From Thermoanaerobaculia bacterium (GTDB lineage: Bacteria > Acidobacteriota > Thermoanaerobaculia > Multivoradales > Multivoraceae): DNA of 64,000 nucleotides. The stretch lies in contig OY762911.1 in assembly GCA_963666565.1 (NCBI GenBank), positions 1,280,001 through 1,344,000 on the forward strand, in the 5' to 3' direction. Below the pieces are notes generated by a model. It searched no databases, had not been told where the DNA came from, and saw nothing but the letters and a program-made list of their open reading frames with translations. Positions 36,803 through 45,899 of the stretch are shown piece by piece. Each line of letters starts with the position of its first letter. The stretch's first letter is position 1. The position numbers and the translations under genes were made by a program.

Positions 36803-37492
36803 TTGATCGTACGGGTGCTGAGCTTCGCCACCGCGCTGGACGCTGTAGGCAGCGCCGAGACGGAACACGACCTCCCGGACGGCAGTACGGTCGCCGATCT
36901 GGTGGAGCGCCTGACGGCGGCGTACCCCGGTCTGGAAGCCCTCTGGCCCCGTCTGGCCGTGGCCGTCGACGGGGAAGTCGCCGGCGATCGGACGGCGCCC
37001 CTTCACGACGGCGCCGAAGTGGCTCTCCTGCCCCCGGTTTCCGGCGGCTCATGCGGCGCCGGCGCCGGCCGGCTGCGGGACGGTCCCGTCGACGCGGACA
37101 CGGTGTCCTCCGTACGCGCCGGCGTGGAGGACGCCGGCAAGGGAGCGGTCGTCGTCTTCGTCGGCAACGTCCGCAACTCCTTCGGCGGCCGCCCCGTGGA
37201 GCGGATTACTTACTCGGCGTATCCGGCGATGGCGGAGAAGCGCCTCGAACGGATCGTGAATGAGCTTGAGGCCGCGCAGCCGGGTACCCGCGTCGAGATC
37301 GCGCACGGTCTTGGCACCTTGGAGGTGGGCGACGCCAGCGTCGCGATCGCCACCGCGTCGGCGCATCGTCAGCAGGCCTACGAGGTGAGTCGTCTCGCTC
37401 TCGAACGCCTCAAGGCCGAGGTGCCGATCTGGAAGCGCGAGCACTACGCCGACGGCAAGTCGGCATGGCGGGAAGAGGAACCGCTGGAGTAG
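36803..37492 (+). CDS. moaE: MoaD-MoaE fusion (molybdopterin synthase)
   Basis: MoaD part ends LPPVSGG; MoaE GAVVVFVGNVR, AYPAMA, LKAEVPIWKRE; start uncertain (36770 or 36803). Confidence 0.9.
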   Translation: MIVRVLSFATALDAVGSAETEHDLPDGSTVADLVERLTAAYPGLEALWPRLAVAVDGEVAGDRTAPLHDGAEVALLPPVSGGSCGAGAGRLRDGPVDADTVSSVRAGVEDAGKGAVVVFVGNVRNSFGGRPVERITYSAYPAMAEKRLERIVNELEAAQPGTRVEIAHGLGTLEVGDASVAIATASAHRQQAYEVSRLALERLKAEVPIWKREHYADGKSAWREEEPLE

Positions 37493-37695
37493 AAGCCTCT
37501 CCGGCGTACTCCGAAGTGCCGCCTCCCTGACGGCCGGCGCGTCTCGAAGCGAGGAGGCCGGAGCACGCAGCCTGGACCGTCGAAGTCCTGAAGTGTTCTT
37601 CTGGAGCGCCGCAGTCGGTGCGGCCCGTCGCCGGTGCCTTCCCTTGAAGAATGTCAGAAAGATGGCTAGAGTTCCGACAGTCGAGAGGTGTCGCC

Positions 37696-38289
37696 ATGGA
37701 ACGACTGAGCCAAACGGTACTGCAGTACGCGGAAGAACAGCCGGAAGGCGCCCCGGTGCTGGCGAAGGGGCTGTTGCATCTTGGCACTCGGGCGGCGGTC
37801 GACCAGGTCCTGTCGCGTCTTGTGCGGCGCGGCGCGCTGCTGCGGGTGGGGCGGGGCGTGTACGTCCTGCCGGTAGAGAGCCGTTTCGGCCGCCGCGCAC
37901 CGTCGGTCGAGAAGACAGTCATGGCGCTCGCGGCCGCGCGCGGTGAGCGGATTGCGAACAGCGGCGCGATGGCGGCCAACGTGCTCGGCCTGACTGAACA
38001 GGTGCCCGTCAGGCGCGTCTTTCTGACGTCTGGACCGAGCCGGACCTTGACGCTCGGCCGCGAGCGGATCGAGTTGCGCCATGCGCCTCCGTGGCAACTG
38101 GCGCTGGCCGGCCGGCGCGCCGGCGAGGCGATCAGGGCGCTCGCCTGGCTCGGGCGTGACCGGGCGGTTGAAGCGACGGGGCTGGTGCGGGAACGGTTGA
38201 GCGAGGATGAGCGCCGGGAACTCGGCAGCGTGAGCGCACGGATGCCGGGATGGCTGGCCGGTCCGGTGAACGCGGTGGCCTATGGCTGA
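37696..38289 (+). CDS. DUF6088 / AbiEi-like type IV TA antitoxin (wHTH)
   Basis: LHLGTRAAVDQVLSRL...RVGRGVY, AANVLGLTEQVP, LTSGPSR. Confidence 0.8.
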   Translation: MERLSQTVLQYAEEQPEGAPVLAKGLLHLGTRAAVDQVLSRLVRRGALLRVGRGVYVLPVESRFGRRAPSVEKTVMALAAARGERIANSGAMAANVLGLTEQVPVRRVFLTSGPSRTLTLGRERIELRHAPPWQLALAGRRAGEAIRALAWLGRDRAVEATGLVRERLSEDERRELGSVSARMPGWLAGPVNAVAYG

Positions 38290-38399
38290 GCGGCTCGGTC
38301 TCGCTGGAGGCGCGCTGTCGGCCCTGGCCGACGACTGCGCGGGATAGTGGAGGGTCGGTGGCTACTCGACGAAGCCGTGTGCCGAACGAAGTATGAACC

Positions 38400-41054
38400 T
38401 CAGTTCGTGAAACGTTCAACGAACCGTGCACAGTGTAGGTTCCCTGGCTCTCTCTCCAGCCCGATGCGGGCGACGTCAATACCTCGCTCGGGATGACCCG
38501 CGTTGACGTAGAGCCAAGCCAACCGAGAACAATCAGTGCCGCTCATCTCGTTCCGTCTCGCCTCTAGCGCTTCGATCACCTCAGACAGGATCGTCTCTCG
38601 ATCCAGACGCCATGCGTGATCGGTCCGGACGGTGGGGGACTGGTAGATCAGGTGGTTGATTCGATTCGCGAGTCTGCTGACGTCGACCAACTTCCTACCA
38701 GGAGAAACAGCCGCCTCACTGAGGGCCTGCACTTCGCCAACTCCGTCCCCGTCCTGACCTCGCAGGTCCGCCATCCTCTCCCAGGCCGGGCCTACGTTCT
38801 GTCCGTCCGCCTCCTGAATGTACCGCCGCAGATAGAACCGGGCACGCTTACGGGTCTCGGCGGTGTCCCTGCCGTCGGTGACCAGCTCGGCAAGCCGGAG
38901 ATAGACAAACGGGAACCTGTCAGCCAGATACTCAAGTACGGCCAGGTCCTCGGCCTCTACGAAGTCGTTTCCGTCGGAGGCCCGTCTCGCAACGCGGCGA
39001 ACCAAGTTGTCGATTCGCCGCCCGACGCCGTGTGACGGGCGGCCACTATCGGCCCCAAAGTCCATCAGCAGTTTCCGGTCTTCACGTACAGCGGCCTTCA
39101 GGGGGCTGGTCTTGAGTTCTCTCTTGCCGAAGAGGGAAGCGGCCAACGGGACGCTGACGAAGGCCGCGTGCGCCTCCCCGTCCTCGGAACGTTCCGCCAA
39201 CGAGTAGCCCACCACCTCCTGCAGGACCCCGTCTACATCCACGTCATCCTCGGGTCTACGGCGCATGACCGCCTCGACTGCAACCTCGGGTACCTCCACT
39301 CGCCAGCTGCTCAGGAGTAGAAACACGCGCTGGGAGGCAGCGCTCAGAGCGTCGAAGGTCCGTCGGAACAGAGCCTCAAGAACATCCTCGGAGGCTGGTA
39401 GCAGGGTGCGAGGGGTGACCTTTCGTCCGGCTGCCCTCGCTTCCCCCAATGCAAGTCTGATGATGTACGGATGTCCTTCGGACTGTTCGATGAGGGCCGC
39501 CCGGTAGTTGGGCGACACTTCCTCGAGACCCAGGTACTTGGCCCTGCGGTCAATGAGCTGCCTTGCCTCCTCTCGCGCCATTCCCGTCACTTTGAGCGGA
39601 AAGTCGCCCCGGAAGTCCCTGGATCTCGTCGTGATGAGGACCTTGTTTGGAGCACGGACGTGGGCATCGATCCACTCGAACACTTCTGTGGGGTCTTGGA
39701 GAGTCTCGAAGTTGTCGATCACGAACAGCGTAGGAACACCATCTGCTCCCTCACGGAGGTTTTGCTCGAACCATTCCCTCGCCCCGAGGGACGACGCCTG
39801 ACGGTCCGGAGCGTCCAGGATCTCGGCGGCGGCCCTAGCCACATCCAGCAGCCCGAAGACCCCCGGCGAAACGGGCTTCGGTCCTGAGTCGAGAAGATCG
39901 ACGTCCCTCGCACTCAGCCAAAGGACGACATCGTAGGGCGGCGAGTCCAGATCGCTGAGCCCGCGGATCACTGTAAGGGCCAAGGCCGTCTTTCCGATCC
40001 CCCCGCGACCGTTTAGTGTGACTATCCGGTGGCGAAAGGGCTCGAGCAGCTCACGCTGCAGGTCGGCTTCGAGCCGATGACGCTTCACGTAGCCTGACGG
40101 TGGCGGAGGAGAGTTGGTCAGGAGCGATCCGACAACCTCGAGTCCCTTCTGCCCCTGGGTCTCGCTTGCTGGAAGCTCGTTGGGCGGGGCCACCCAACGG
40201 CTTCCGTCCATCTCCCGACTGTCGTTGGAGCTGTAGGACAGCACCTGGAAGCTGGCCGAGTTCTTCCACCTCCCGTTGGGGACGTAGACATCGCGGAGAT
40301 CGATATCGCTAAAGACGAGTGGCACTGGCAGGTGAAGCGGCGCAGCAGCTCTCGACTCAAGGTGAAGATAGACGCCGTCAGCGAGGCGGGAGTTCTCCAC
40401 TTTCCTCTTGAGATACTCGAAAGACCCTGTCTCGCCGAGTAGGGGCGTTACCCTGTACTTGCCCGACAGGTTCTGCCGGAGGAAAGCCCACGGCAACCGC
40501 AACACGCCTGTAGTCTCCTCCACAAGATCCAGAGCCTTCGCCATGGATGGGCAGGCATCCCCCGCTTGGTCTGATCGCGTTGCTCCGTGTCCTCGTGTAC
40601 TACGGTTCCGTACTTGAACAGCAATCTGAAAGAACCTCCGCAACGGCTCCTTGGCGCCAACCGTCACGTCGATGTCCAGGGCTGAGGCAGCTTCGGCCAA
40701 CAGCCCGACCGCCTCTCGCCTCCAATCGTCGCCGCTCACCCGCTTCGTAAGGTCGTTTCTCAAGTTCCGGGCACCAGTTCGGAAGCACTGAGCTGCCGGC
40801 CCAACCAGTGCCTCCTGCAGCACTGCCGACCACTCCCCCAGCGAATCCGCACGAACCAGTCTCCGTTCGAGGGAGTAGCGGCTGCGATCCCTATCGTCGT
40901 CCAGGCAAGCGACCACAGCCGCCGTTACGACCTTCGTGACGAACTCCATCTTCAGCAGCAACGCTTGAAGGTACGCGATATCGCCTTCTTCCCTGTCGCG
41001 CTCGATTCGAGCGTTGATCTCGCTGAAGAGCGACTTGCTGTGCTGAACCTTCAT
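38400..41054 (-). CDS. NB-ARC/STAND NTPase with unassigned N-terminal domain and helical/TPR-like C-terminus
   Basis: GRGGIGKT, WLSAR, LFVIDNFE, LITTR, EGHP; visibly lower GC than neighbours. Confidence 0.8.
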   Translation of the reverse strand: MKVQHSKSLFSEINARIERDREEGDIAYLQALLLKMEFVTKVVTAAVVACLDDDRDRSRYSLERRLVRADSLGEWSAVLQEALVGPAAQCFRTGARNLRNDLTKRVSGDDWRREAVGLLAEAASALDIDVTVGAKEPLRRFFQIAVQVRNRSTRGHGATRSDQAGDACPSMAKALDLVEETTGVLRLPWAFLRQNLSGKYRVTPLLGETGSFEYLKRKVENSRLADGVYLHLESRAAAPLHLPVPLVFSDIDLRDVYVPNGRWKNSASFQVLSYSSNDSREMDGSRWVAPPNELPASETQGQKGLEVVGSLLTNSPPPPSGYVKRHRLEADLQRELLEPFRHRIVTLNGRGGIGKTALALTVIRGLSDLDSPPYDVVLWLSARDVDLLDSGPKPVSPGVFGLLDVARAAAEILDAPDRQASSLGAREWFEQNLREGADGVPTLFVIDNFETLQDPTEVFEWIDAHVRAPNKVLITTRSRDFRGDFPLKVTGMAREEARQLIDRRAKYLGLEEVSPNYRAALIEQSEGHPYIIRLALGEARAAGRKVTPRTLLPASEDVLEALFRRTFDALSAASQRVFLLLSSWRVEVPEVAVEAVMRRRPEDDVDVDGVLQEVVGYSLAERSEDGEAHAAFVSVPLAASLFGKRELKTSPLKAAVREDRKLLMDFGADSGRPSHGVGRRIDNLVRRVARRASDGNDFVEAEDLAVLEYLADRFPFVYLRLAELVTDGRDTAETRKRARFYLRRYIQEADGQNVGPAWERMADLRGQDGDGVGEVQALSEAAVSPGRKLVDVSRLANRINHLIYQSPTVRTDHAWRLDRETILSEVIEALEARRNEMSGTDCSRLAWLYVNAGHPERGIDVARIGLEREPGNLHCARFVERFTN

Positions 41055-41324
41055 CCGGGATCTCGGGTGCCGCCGGGGGCGGGCAATGAATCGGGCGCGG
41101 GCTTCCACGTCCCTACAGCCGAGCGGCGTCCCTCTTTCGGGGGACAGCCGCTGGCTGTCGCTCGCCGGGAGCGCCCACATTCTTCGGCACTTCGCCGGAT
41201 TCGGAGCGAGAAGGACTTGGCGGCGACACCCCATCCTCCAATCGAGTGCGAACGGCCGCACGGGGCCCTTCTGCAGGGTCTCTGGGCGGACGGGTAGGAC
41301 CTCCGTTGCGGCACCACTACGCAG

Positions 41325-41714
41325 CTAAACCGCGAACGACGACCCGCAGCCGCAGGTGCCGACGGCCTTCGGGTTCGAGAACTTGAACCCGGTGCCGGCG
41401 ACGCCGAGCTGGTAGTCGATCGTCGTGCCCTTGAGGTAGCGGGCGCTGATCGGGTCGACGTAGACGCGCAGGCCCTCGTAGTCGAAGACCTCGTCCGTCT
41501 CGCGGCGGTCCGTCTCGAAGTCCAGCGCGTACTCGAAGCCGCTGCAGCCGCCGCCGCGGACGGCGACGCGCAGGCCGTGGTCGGGCGAGAGGCCCTCGTC
41601 CTCGCGGGTGAGCTTGATCATCCGCACCGCCTTCCGGGTCAGGTGCAGCGTATCGGTCGCCTGCTGGGGCGCGGGCGTCGGCGTCGGCGGGGTCGGGAAG
41701 TCGATCTCGGGCAT
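41325..41714 (-). CDS. iscA: A-type Fe-S carrier (IscA/HesB)
   Basis: GGGCSGFEY, CGCGSSF. Confidence 0.9.
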   Translation of the reverse strand: MPEIDFPTPPTPTPAPQQATDTLHLTRKAVRMIKLTREDEGLSPDHGLRVAVRGGGCSGFEYALDFETDRRETDEVFDYEGLRVYVDPISARYLKGTTIDYQLGVAGTGFKFSNPKAVGTCGCGSSFAV

Positions 41715-41942
41715 CTTTCCGGGGCGCGCCGTCGGCGCGGCTCGAACTCCTGCGGCCGGCCGTCTCGAACCTGGGACGGCGGCCTCGGCGTCCGAGAGTA
41801 TCATCGAGCCGTGCCGACCGGGACCTTGGAGGGTTCGATGCGGGCACGCGCGCGCAGCCATGCTCCCGGTCGATGACGACGACTTCATGGACGGTTCGAT
41901 GCGGGCACGCGCGGGCAGCCGCAGTTCAGGGAGCGAACGGCC

Positions 41943-42536
41943 GTGATCCGGGAGCAAGGCCGGGGCGACGGCGGCTGCATCGAGGTCATCACCGGCGGCA
42001 TGTTCTCCGGCAAGAGTGAGGAGTTGCTGCGCCGGCTCCGCCGCGCGCTGATCGCCCGCCAGCGCGTCCAGGTGTTCCGGATCGCCACCGACACCCGGGG
42101 CGGCGACGGCGACGTGCTGCGCACCCGCGACAACCGCAGCCTGTCCGCGGTGACCGTGGCGTCCAGCGACGAGATGCGAGAGAAGCTGACGCTCGGCGTG
42201 GAGGTCGTCGGCATCGACGAGGCCCAGTTCTTCGACGAGGGCCTGGTCGAGCTGGTGACCGAGCTCGCCGACCTGGGCGTGCGGGTGATCGTGGCCGGGC
42301 TGGACCTCGACTTCCGGCGGCGTCCCTTCGGGCCGATCCCGGAACTCATGGCGATCGCGGAGTACGTCGACAAGATGCACGCGGTCTGCGTGCGGTGCGG
42401 GGCCGCGGCCCAGTACTCGCTCCGGATCGCGAGCGGCGAGCAGCAGGTCCTGGTCGGCGACACGGAGGCCTACGAGGCGCGCTGCCGGCGTTGCTACAAC
42501 TCGTCGGGCGAGGCCGAGGGGGCTCGCGCCAGCTAG
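41943..42536 (+). CDS. tdk: Thymidine kinase
   Basis: GGMFSGKSEEL, IDEAQFF, AGLDLDF, CVRC, YEARCRRC. Confidence 0.95.
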   Translation: MIREQGRGDGGCIEVITGGMFSGKSEELLRRLRRALIARQRVQVFRIATDTRGGDGDVLRTRDNRSLSAVTVASSDEMREKLTLGVEVVGIDEAQFFDEGLVELVTELADLGVRVIVAGLDLDFRRRPFGPIPELMAIAEYVDKMHAVCVRCGAAAQYSLRIASGEQQVLVGDTEAYEARCRRCYNSSGEAEGARAS

Positions 42537-42690
42537 AGGAAGGCCAATGAACGAGAACCACGACTCTACGCTTCAAGACTCTGAACCCGACACCGCGCCA
42601 GACCTCTCTACAGGCGATTGGCCGGAGAAGTTCGCCAAGGTGCCCGTACGGCGCGGCCAGCCGCGAGCTAGCGCCGCCAAGGCTTCTGGA
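42531..42690 (+). pseudogene. BrnT-BrnA toxin-antitoxin relic
   Basis: S*RKANEREPRLYA (BrnT-like C-terminus) overlapping MNENHDST..PDTAPDLSTGDWPEKFAKVPVRRGQP (BrnA-like N-terminus, RHH part missing). Confidence 0.55.
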
Positions 42691-43332
42691 CTAGCTCCGG
42701 ATAAGGCCCTGAAGGGCTCGCCGGATGGTCGAGCCGAGCTCCGGCGAGGACAGGTCGTGGCCGGCGCCTGAGACCTCCAGGCTGGCGCCAAGCGAGGGCC
42801 AGCGTTTGGGCAGGCGGCGGATCATCGCGGGCGGCGTGAAGCCGTCGAGTTGGCCGTAGACGACGGCGACTGGCACGGCGGCGGTGGCGGCGGCCTCGAA
42901 GTCGTAGTGGGTCAATGGCGGCGCGATGAGCAGCAGGCCGACGGGCGGATCGCCGGCCGCTTCCGCCTGCGGCAGGCGCGCCATGGTGACGACGGCACCG
43001 AAGGAGTAGCCGATGCCGAGGCGCGGGAGCCGAGGGTACCGGCGCCGGAGTTCCTCCTCGCAGGCGGCGAGATCGTCCACTTCGCCGCGGCCCTCGTCGT
43101 GGCGGCCCTCGCTTCCGCCCGTGCCGCGGAAGTTGAAGCGAAGCGCCGCGCCGCCCAGGTCGACCGCGGCGTTCGCGGCGGTGGTGACGACGTGGTTGTC
43201 CATGTCGCCGCCGTAGAGAGGATGGGGATGCGCGACGGTCGCCGTGAACGACGGTAGCGCTTCCGGCTGGAGCAGTTCGGCTTCCAGCAGGCCGGCCGGG
43301 CCCTGCAGTTCGAGAGGCGTGATTCGAGGCAT
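42691..43332 (-). CDS. Alpha/beta hydrolase
   Basis: HPHPLYGGDMDN, RFNFRG, GYSFG nucleophile elbow. Confidence 0.9.
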   Translation of the reverse strand: MPRITPLELQGPAGLLEAELLQPEALPSFTATVAHPHPLYGGDMDNHVVTTAANAAVDLGGAALRFNFRGTGGSEGRHDEGRGEVDDLAACEEELRRRYPRLPRLGIGYSFGAVVTMARLPQAEAAGDPPVGLLLIAPPLTHYDFEAAATAAVPVAVVYGQLDGFTPPAMIRRLPKRWPSLGASLEVSGAGHDLSSPELGSTIRRALQGLIRS

Positions 43333-43537
43333 GTCCTGAACGGCGCTTTCCGCGAGGTGAGCGAAGCGGTGAGGCGCAAGTGCCCAGAGGGGCGGAAGCG
43401 CGGAATATACTCCGCGTCGTGCCGGATTGAGCTTCGCGCAGCCCATCGCGGCTTCGGCGTCGCTTCGGGCCTCTTGCGAACACACCGCCCTTCGCGCCCC
43501 GTAACTCAGTCCGGACGCTCATCAAGGAGTCCGTTCG

Positions 43538-44227
43538 ATGATCTTCGATCCCCTGTACTTCGCCTTCCTTGCGCCGGGCCTGCTGCTGTCCCTGTGGGCC
43601 AGCTTCCGGGTCAAGCGAGCGTTCAACAAGTACTCCAAGGTGCGCTCCGTCACCGGCATGACCGGCGCTCAGGCGGCGCAGCGGCTGCTCGCCTACGCCG
43701 GCATCACGGACGTCCAAGTCGTCGCCACGCGGGGCCGGCTGTCCGACCACTACAACCCGGTGACGAAGAAGCTCGCCCTCTCCGAGCAGGTCTACGGCTC
43801 GAACTCGGTGGCCGCGATCGGCATCGCCTGCCACGAGGCCGGGCATGCCATCCAGCACGCGAAGAAGTACGCGCCGCTGTGGCTCCGGTCGACCCTGGTG
43901 CCCATGGCCGGCATCGGCAGCAACCTGGGCTACTTCGTTATGTTCTTCGGCCTGATCCTCGGCTCGATGCAGATGTTCCTGGTCGGGGTCGTCCTCTTCT
44001 CGGCGGTCGTTCTGTTCCAGCTCGTCACGCTGCCGGTCGAGTTCGACGCCACGGCTCGCGCCAAGCGTCTCGCGGTGGACCAGGGACTCATCCTCCAGAC
44101 GGAACGAGTCGGGATGGACCGGGTGCTGAACGCGGCCGCGATGACCTACGTTGCCGCCGCGGTGTCGTCGCTGCTGACTCTGGTGTACTTCCTGCTGCGG
44201 GCGGGGCTTCTTGGGGGTCGGGATTAG
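43538..44227 (+). CDS. Membrane zinc metallopeptidase (YugP/Zn_peptidase_2)
   Basis: LSDHYNP, HEAGHAIQH, TLPVEFDA, AAAMTYVAA. Confidence 0.9.
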   Translation: MIFDPLYFAFLAPGLLLSLWASFRVKRAFNKYSKVRSVTGMTGAQAAQRLLAYAGITDVQVVATRGRLSDHYNPVTKKLALSEQVYGSNSVAAIGIACHEAGHAIQHAKKYAPLWLRSTLVPMAGIGSNLGYFVMFFGLILGSMQMFLVGVVLFSAVVLFQLVTLPVEFDATARAKRLAVDQGLILQTERVGMDRVLNAAAMTYVAAAVSSLLTLVYFLLRAGLLGGRD

Positions 44228-44267
44228 GCAGAAGCAGGCTCGCCGCTTCGCGGCATCGCGCTTGGTG

Positions 44268-44290
44268 CGGGTCGGAAGACCCGCGCACCC
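44268..44290 (-). repeat. Solo REP hairpin
   Basis: Exact reverse complement of GGGTGCGCGGGTCTTCCGACCCG between convergent genes. Confidence 0.85.
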
Positions 44291-44317
44291 AGTGGCAAGA
44301 CCCGGGCACCCGGTGGT

Positions 44318-45712
44318 TCAGAGCGGATCGCCGAGCTGCGCTGTCAGTTCGGCCTGGCGGGCCGCGAGTTCTTCGGGCGTCGTCGCTTCCAGGACGAGGC
44401 GCAGCAAGGGTTCGGTGTTCGAGGGACGGACGTTGAACCACCAGTCGTCGAAGTCGATGCGGATGCCGTCGAGGCGGTCGAGTGCGCCGCCCCCTCGCGT
44501 GGCGTAGCGCTCGACCAGGGCTTCCATCGTTCCGTCCTTGTCCTCGACCTCGAAGTTGATCTCGCTGCTCTTGGCGTAGCGCCGGAGCGGCGCGGCGACT
44601 TCGGAGAACGGCTTGCCGGAGCGGCGGAGCAGGTTGAGGACGGCGACCACGGCGAGGATCGAGCTGTCGGCGCAGTAGTTCTGCCGGAAGTAGTAGTGGC
44701 CGGCGAGTTCGCCGCCGAAGATCGCGCCGGTGCGACGCATCGTCGCCTTGACGAAGGAGTGGCCGACCCGTTCCGGCAGCGGCTCGCCGCCACGTTCGCG
44801 GATGTACTCCGGCACCGCGCGCGAGGAGCGGATGTCGTGGATCACGATTCCGCCCGGTGCGTCGCCCAGCATTTGGCCGCCGATCAGGGCGGTGATCAGG
44901 TCGGAGCCGATCGGCTCGCCGCGTTCGTCGACGAAGGCGGCGCGGTCGCCGTCGCCGTCGAAGCTGACGCCGAGATCGGCCCGCTCCTCGACGACCAGGT
45001 CGCTCAGGTCGCGCAGGTTCTCCGGCAGCAGCGGGTTCGCCTCGTGGTTCGGGAACGTCCCGTCGAGCTCGAAGTAGAGCGGCAGCAACTCCACGCCGCA
45101 CGCCGTAAGCAGAGGCCGGTAGATCGTGCCCATGCCGTTCGCGGCGTCGGCGGCGAGGCGGAGCTTCGGGGCGCCGCCGCCGGCGTCGCTTGCCTCGAAC
45201 GACCGGTCGAGGAAGGAGAGGACGTGCTCGGCGTACTCCGTCTCGATGCTTCTCGCCTCGACCCGGCCGGGCGTTGCGGCCGGCGCCGGCTCTTCGCCCA
45301 GGGCGTGCCGCTCGACGATCGGGATGCCGTGGTCGCCGGACACCGGCACGGCGCCGGCCAAGCTGAACTTGAGACCGTTGTACTCGGCGGCGTTGTGGCT
45401 GGCGGTGACCTGGATGCCGCCGGCCGCGCCCAGCCGGCCGGTGGCGAAGTAGTTCATCGGCGTCGTGGCGAGGCCGATGTCGAGTACGTCCAGCCCGGCT
45501 GAGGTCAGTCCCGCGCAAAGCGCCGCTGACAGGGGCTCGCTGTGGGAGCGCATGTCCCGGCCGACCACGACGGTGCGAGGCAGAGCCGCGCCCTGGTCGC
45601 CTTCGAGCGTGACCAGGCGCTCGAACGCCATGCCGATCCTGTGCGCCAGTTCCTCGTTCAACTGGCCCGGATAGAGGCCGCGGACGTCGTATGCCTTGAA
45701 GATTCCTGCCAT
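44318..45712 (-). CDS. manB: Phosphomannomutase/phosphoglucomutase
   Basis: FKAYDVRG, TASHN, FDGDGDR, GELAGH, RPSNTEP. Confidence 0.9.
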   Translation of the reverse strand: MAGIFKAYDVRGLYPGQLNEELAHRIGMAFERLVTLEGDQGAALPRTVVVGRDMRSHSEPLSAALCAGLTSAGLDVLDIGLATTPMNYFATGRLGAAGGIQVTASHNAAEYNGLKFSLAGAVPVSGDHGIPIVERHALGEEPAPAATPGRVEARSIETEYAEHVLSFLDRSFEASDAGGGAPKLRLAADAANGMGTIYRPLLTACGVELLPLYFELDGTFPNHEANPLLPENLRDLSDLVVEERADLGVSFDGDGDRAAFVDERGEPIGSDLITALIGGQMLGDAPGGIVIHDIRSSRAVPEYIRERGGEPLPERVGHSFVKATMRRTGAIFGGELAGHYYFRQNYCADSSILAVVAVLNLLRRSGKPFSEVAAPLRRYAKSSEINFEVEDKDGTMEALVERYATRGGGALDRLDGIRIDFDDWWFNVRPSNTEPLLRLVLEATTPEELAARQAELTAQLGDPL

Positions 45713-45899
45713 GCCGAGTCTCTTCGCTTCGTAGTCGGTCAGTGGCGGATGAGCCGGCCCACCGCGCTCGATGCAGGCAGGATGCCCGCCTTCCGGATGC
45801 GGGCCAGAAGGCCCGCGCACCGACAGTTGCGAGCTTCCCCGGCATGGTGAACCGCCGACTGCGGACGCCGACGGTCGTTCCCGCGATGCGAGCTAACGG

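Noticed and set aside
43340-43530. ncRNA or MITE in the hydrolase/peptidase intergenic region
   Set aside because: Some dyad character, but no clear terminal repeats, second copy or recognisable family in this window
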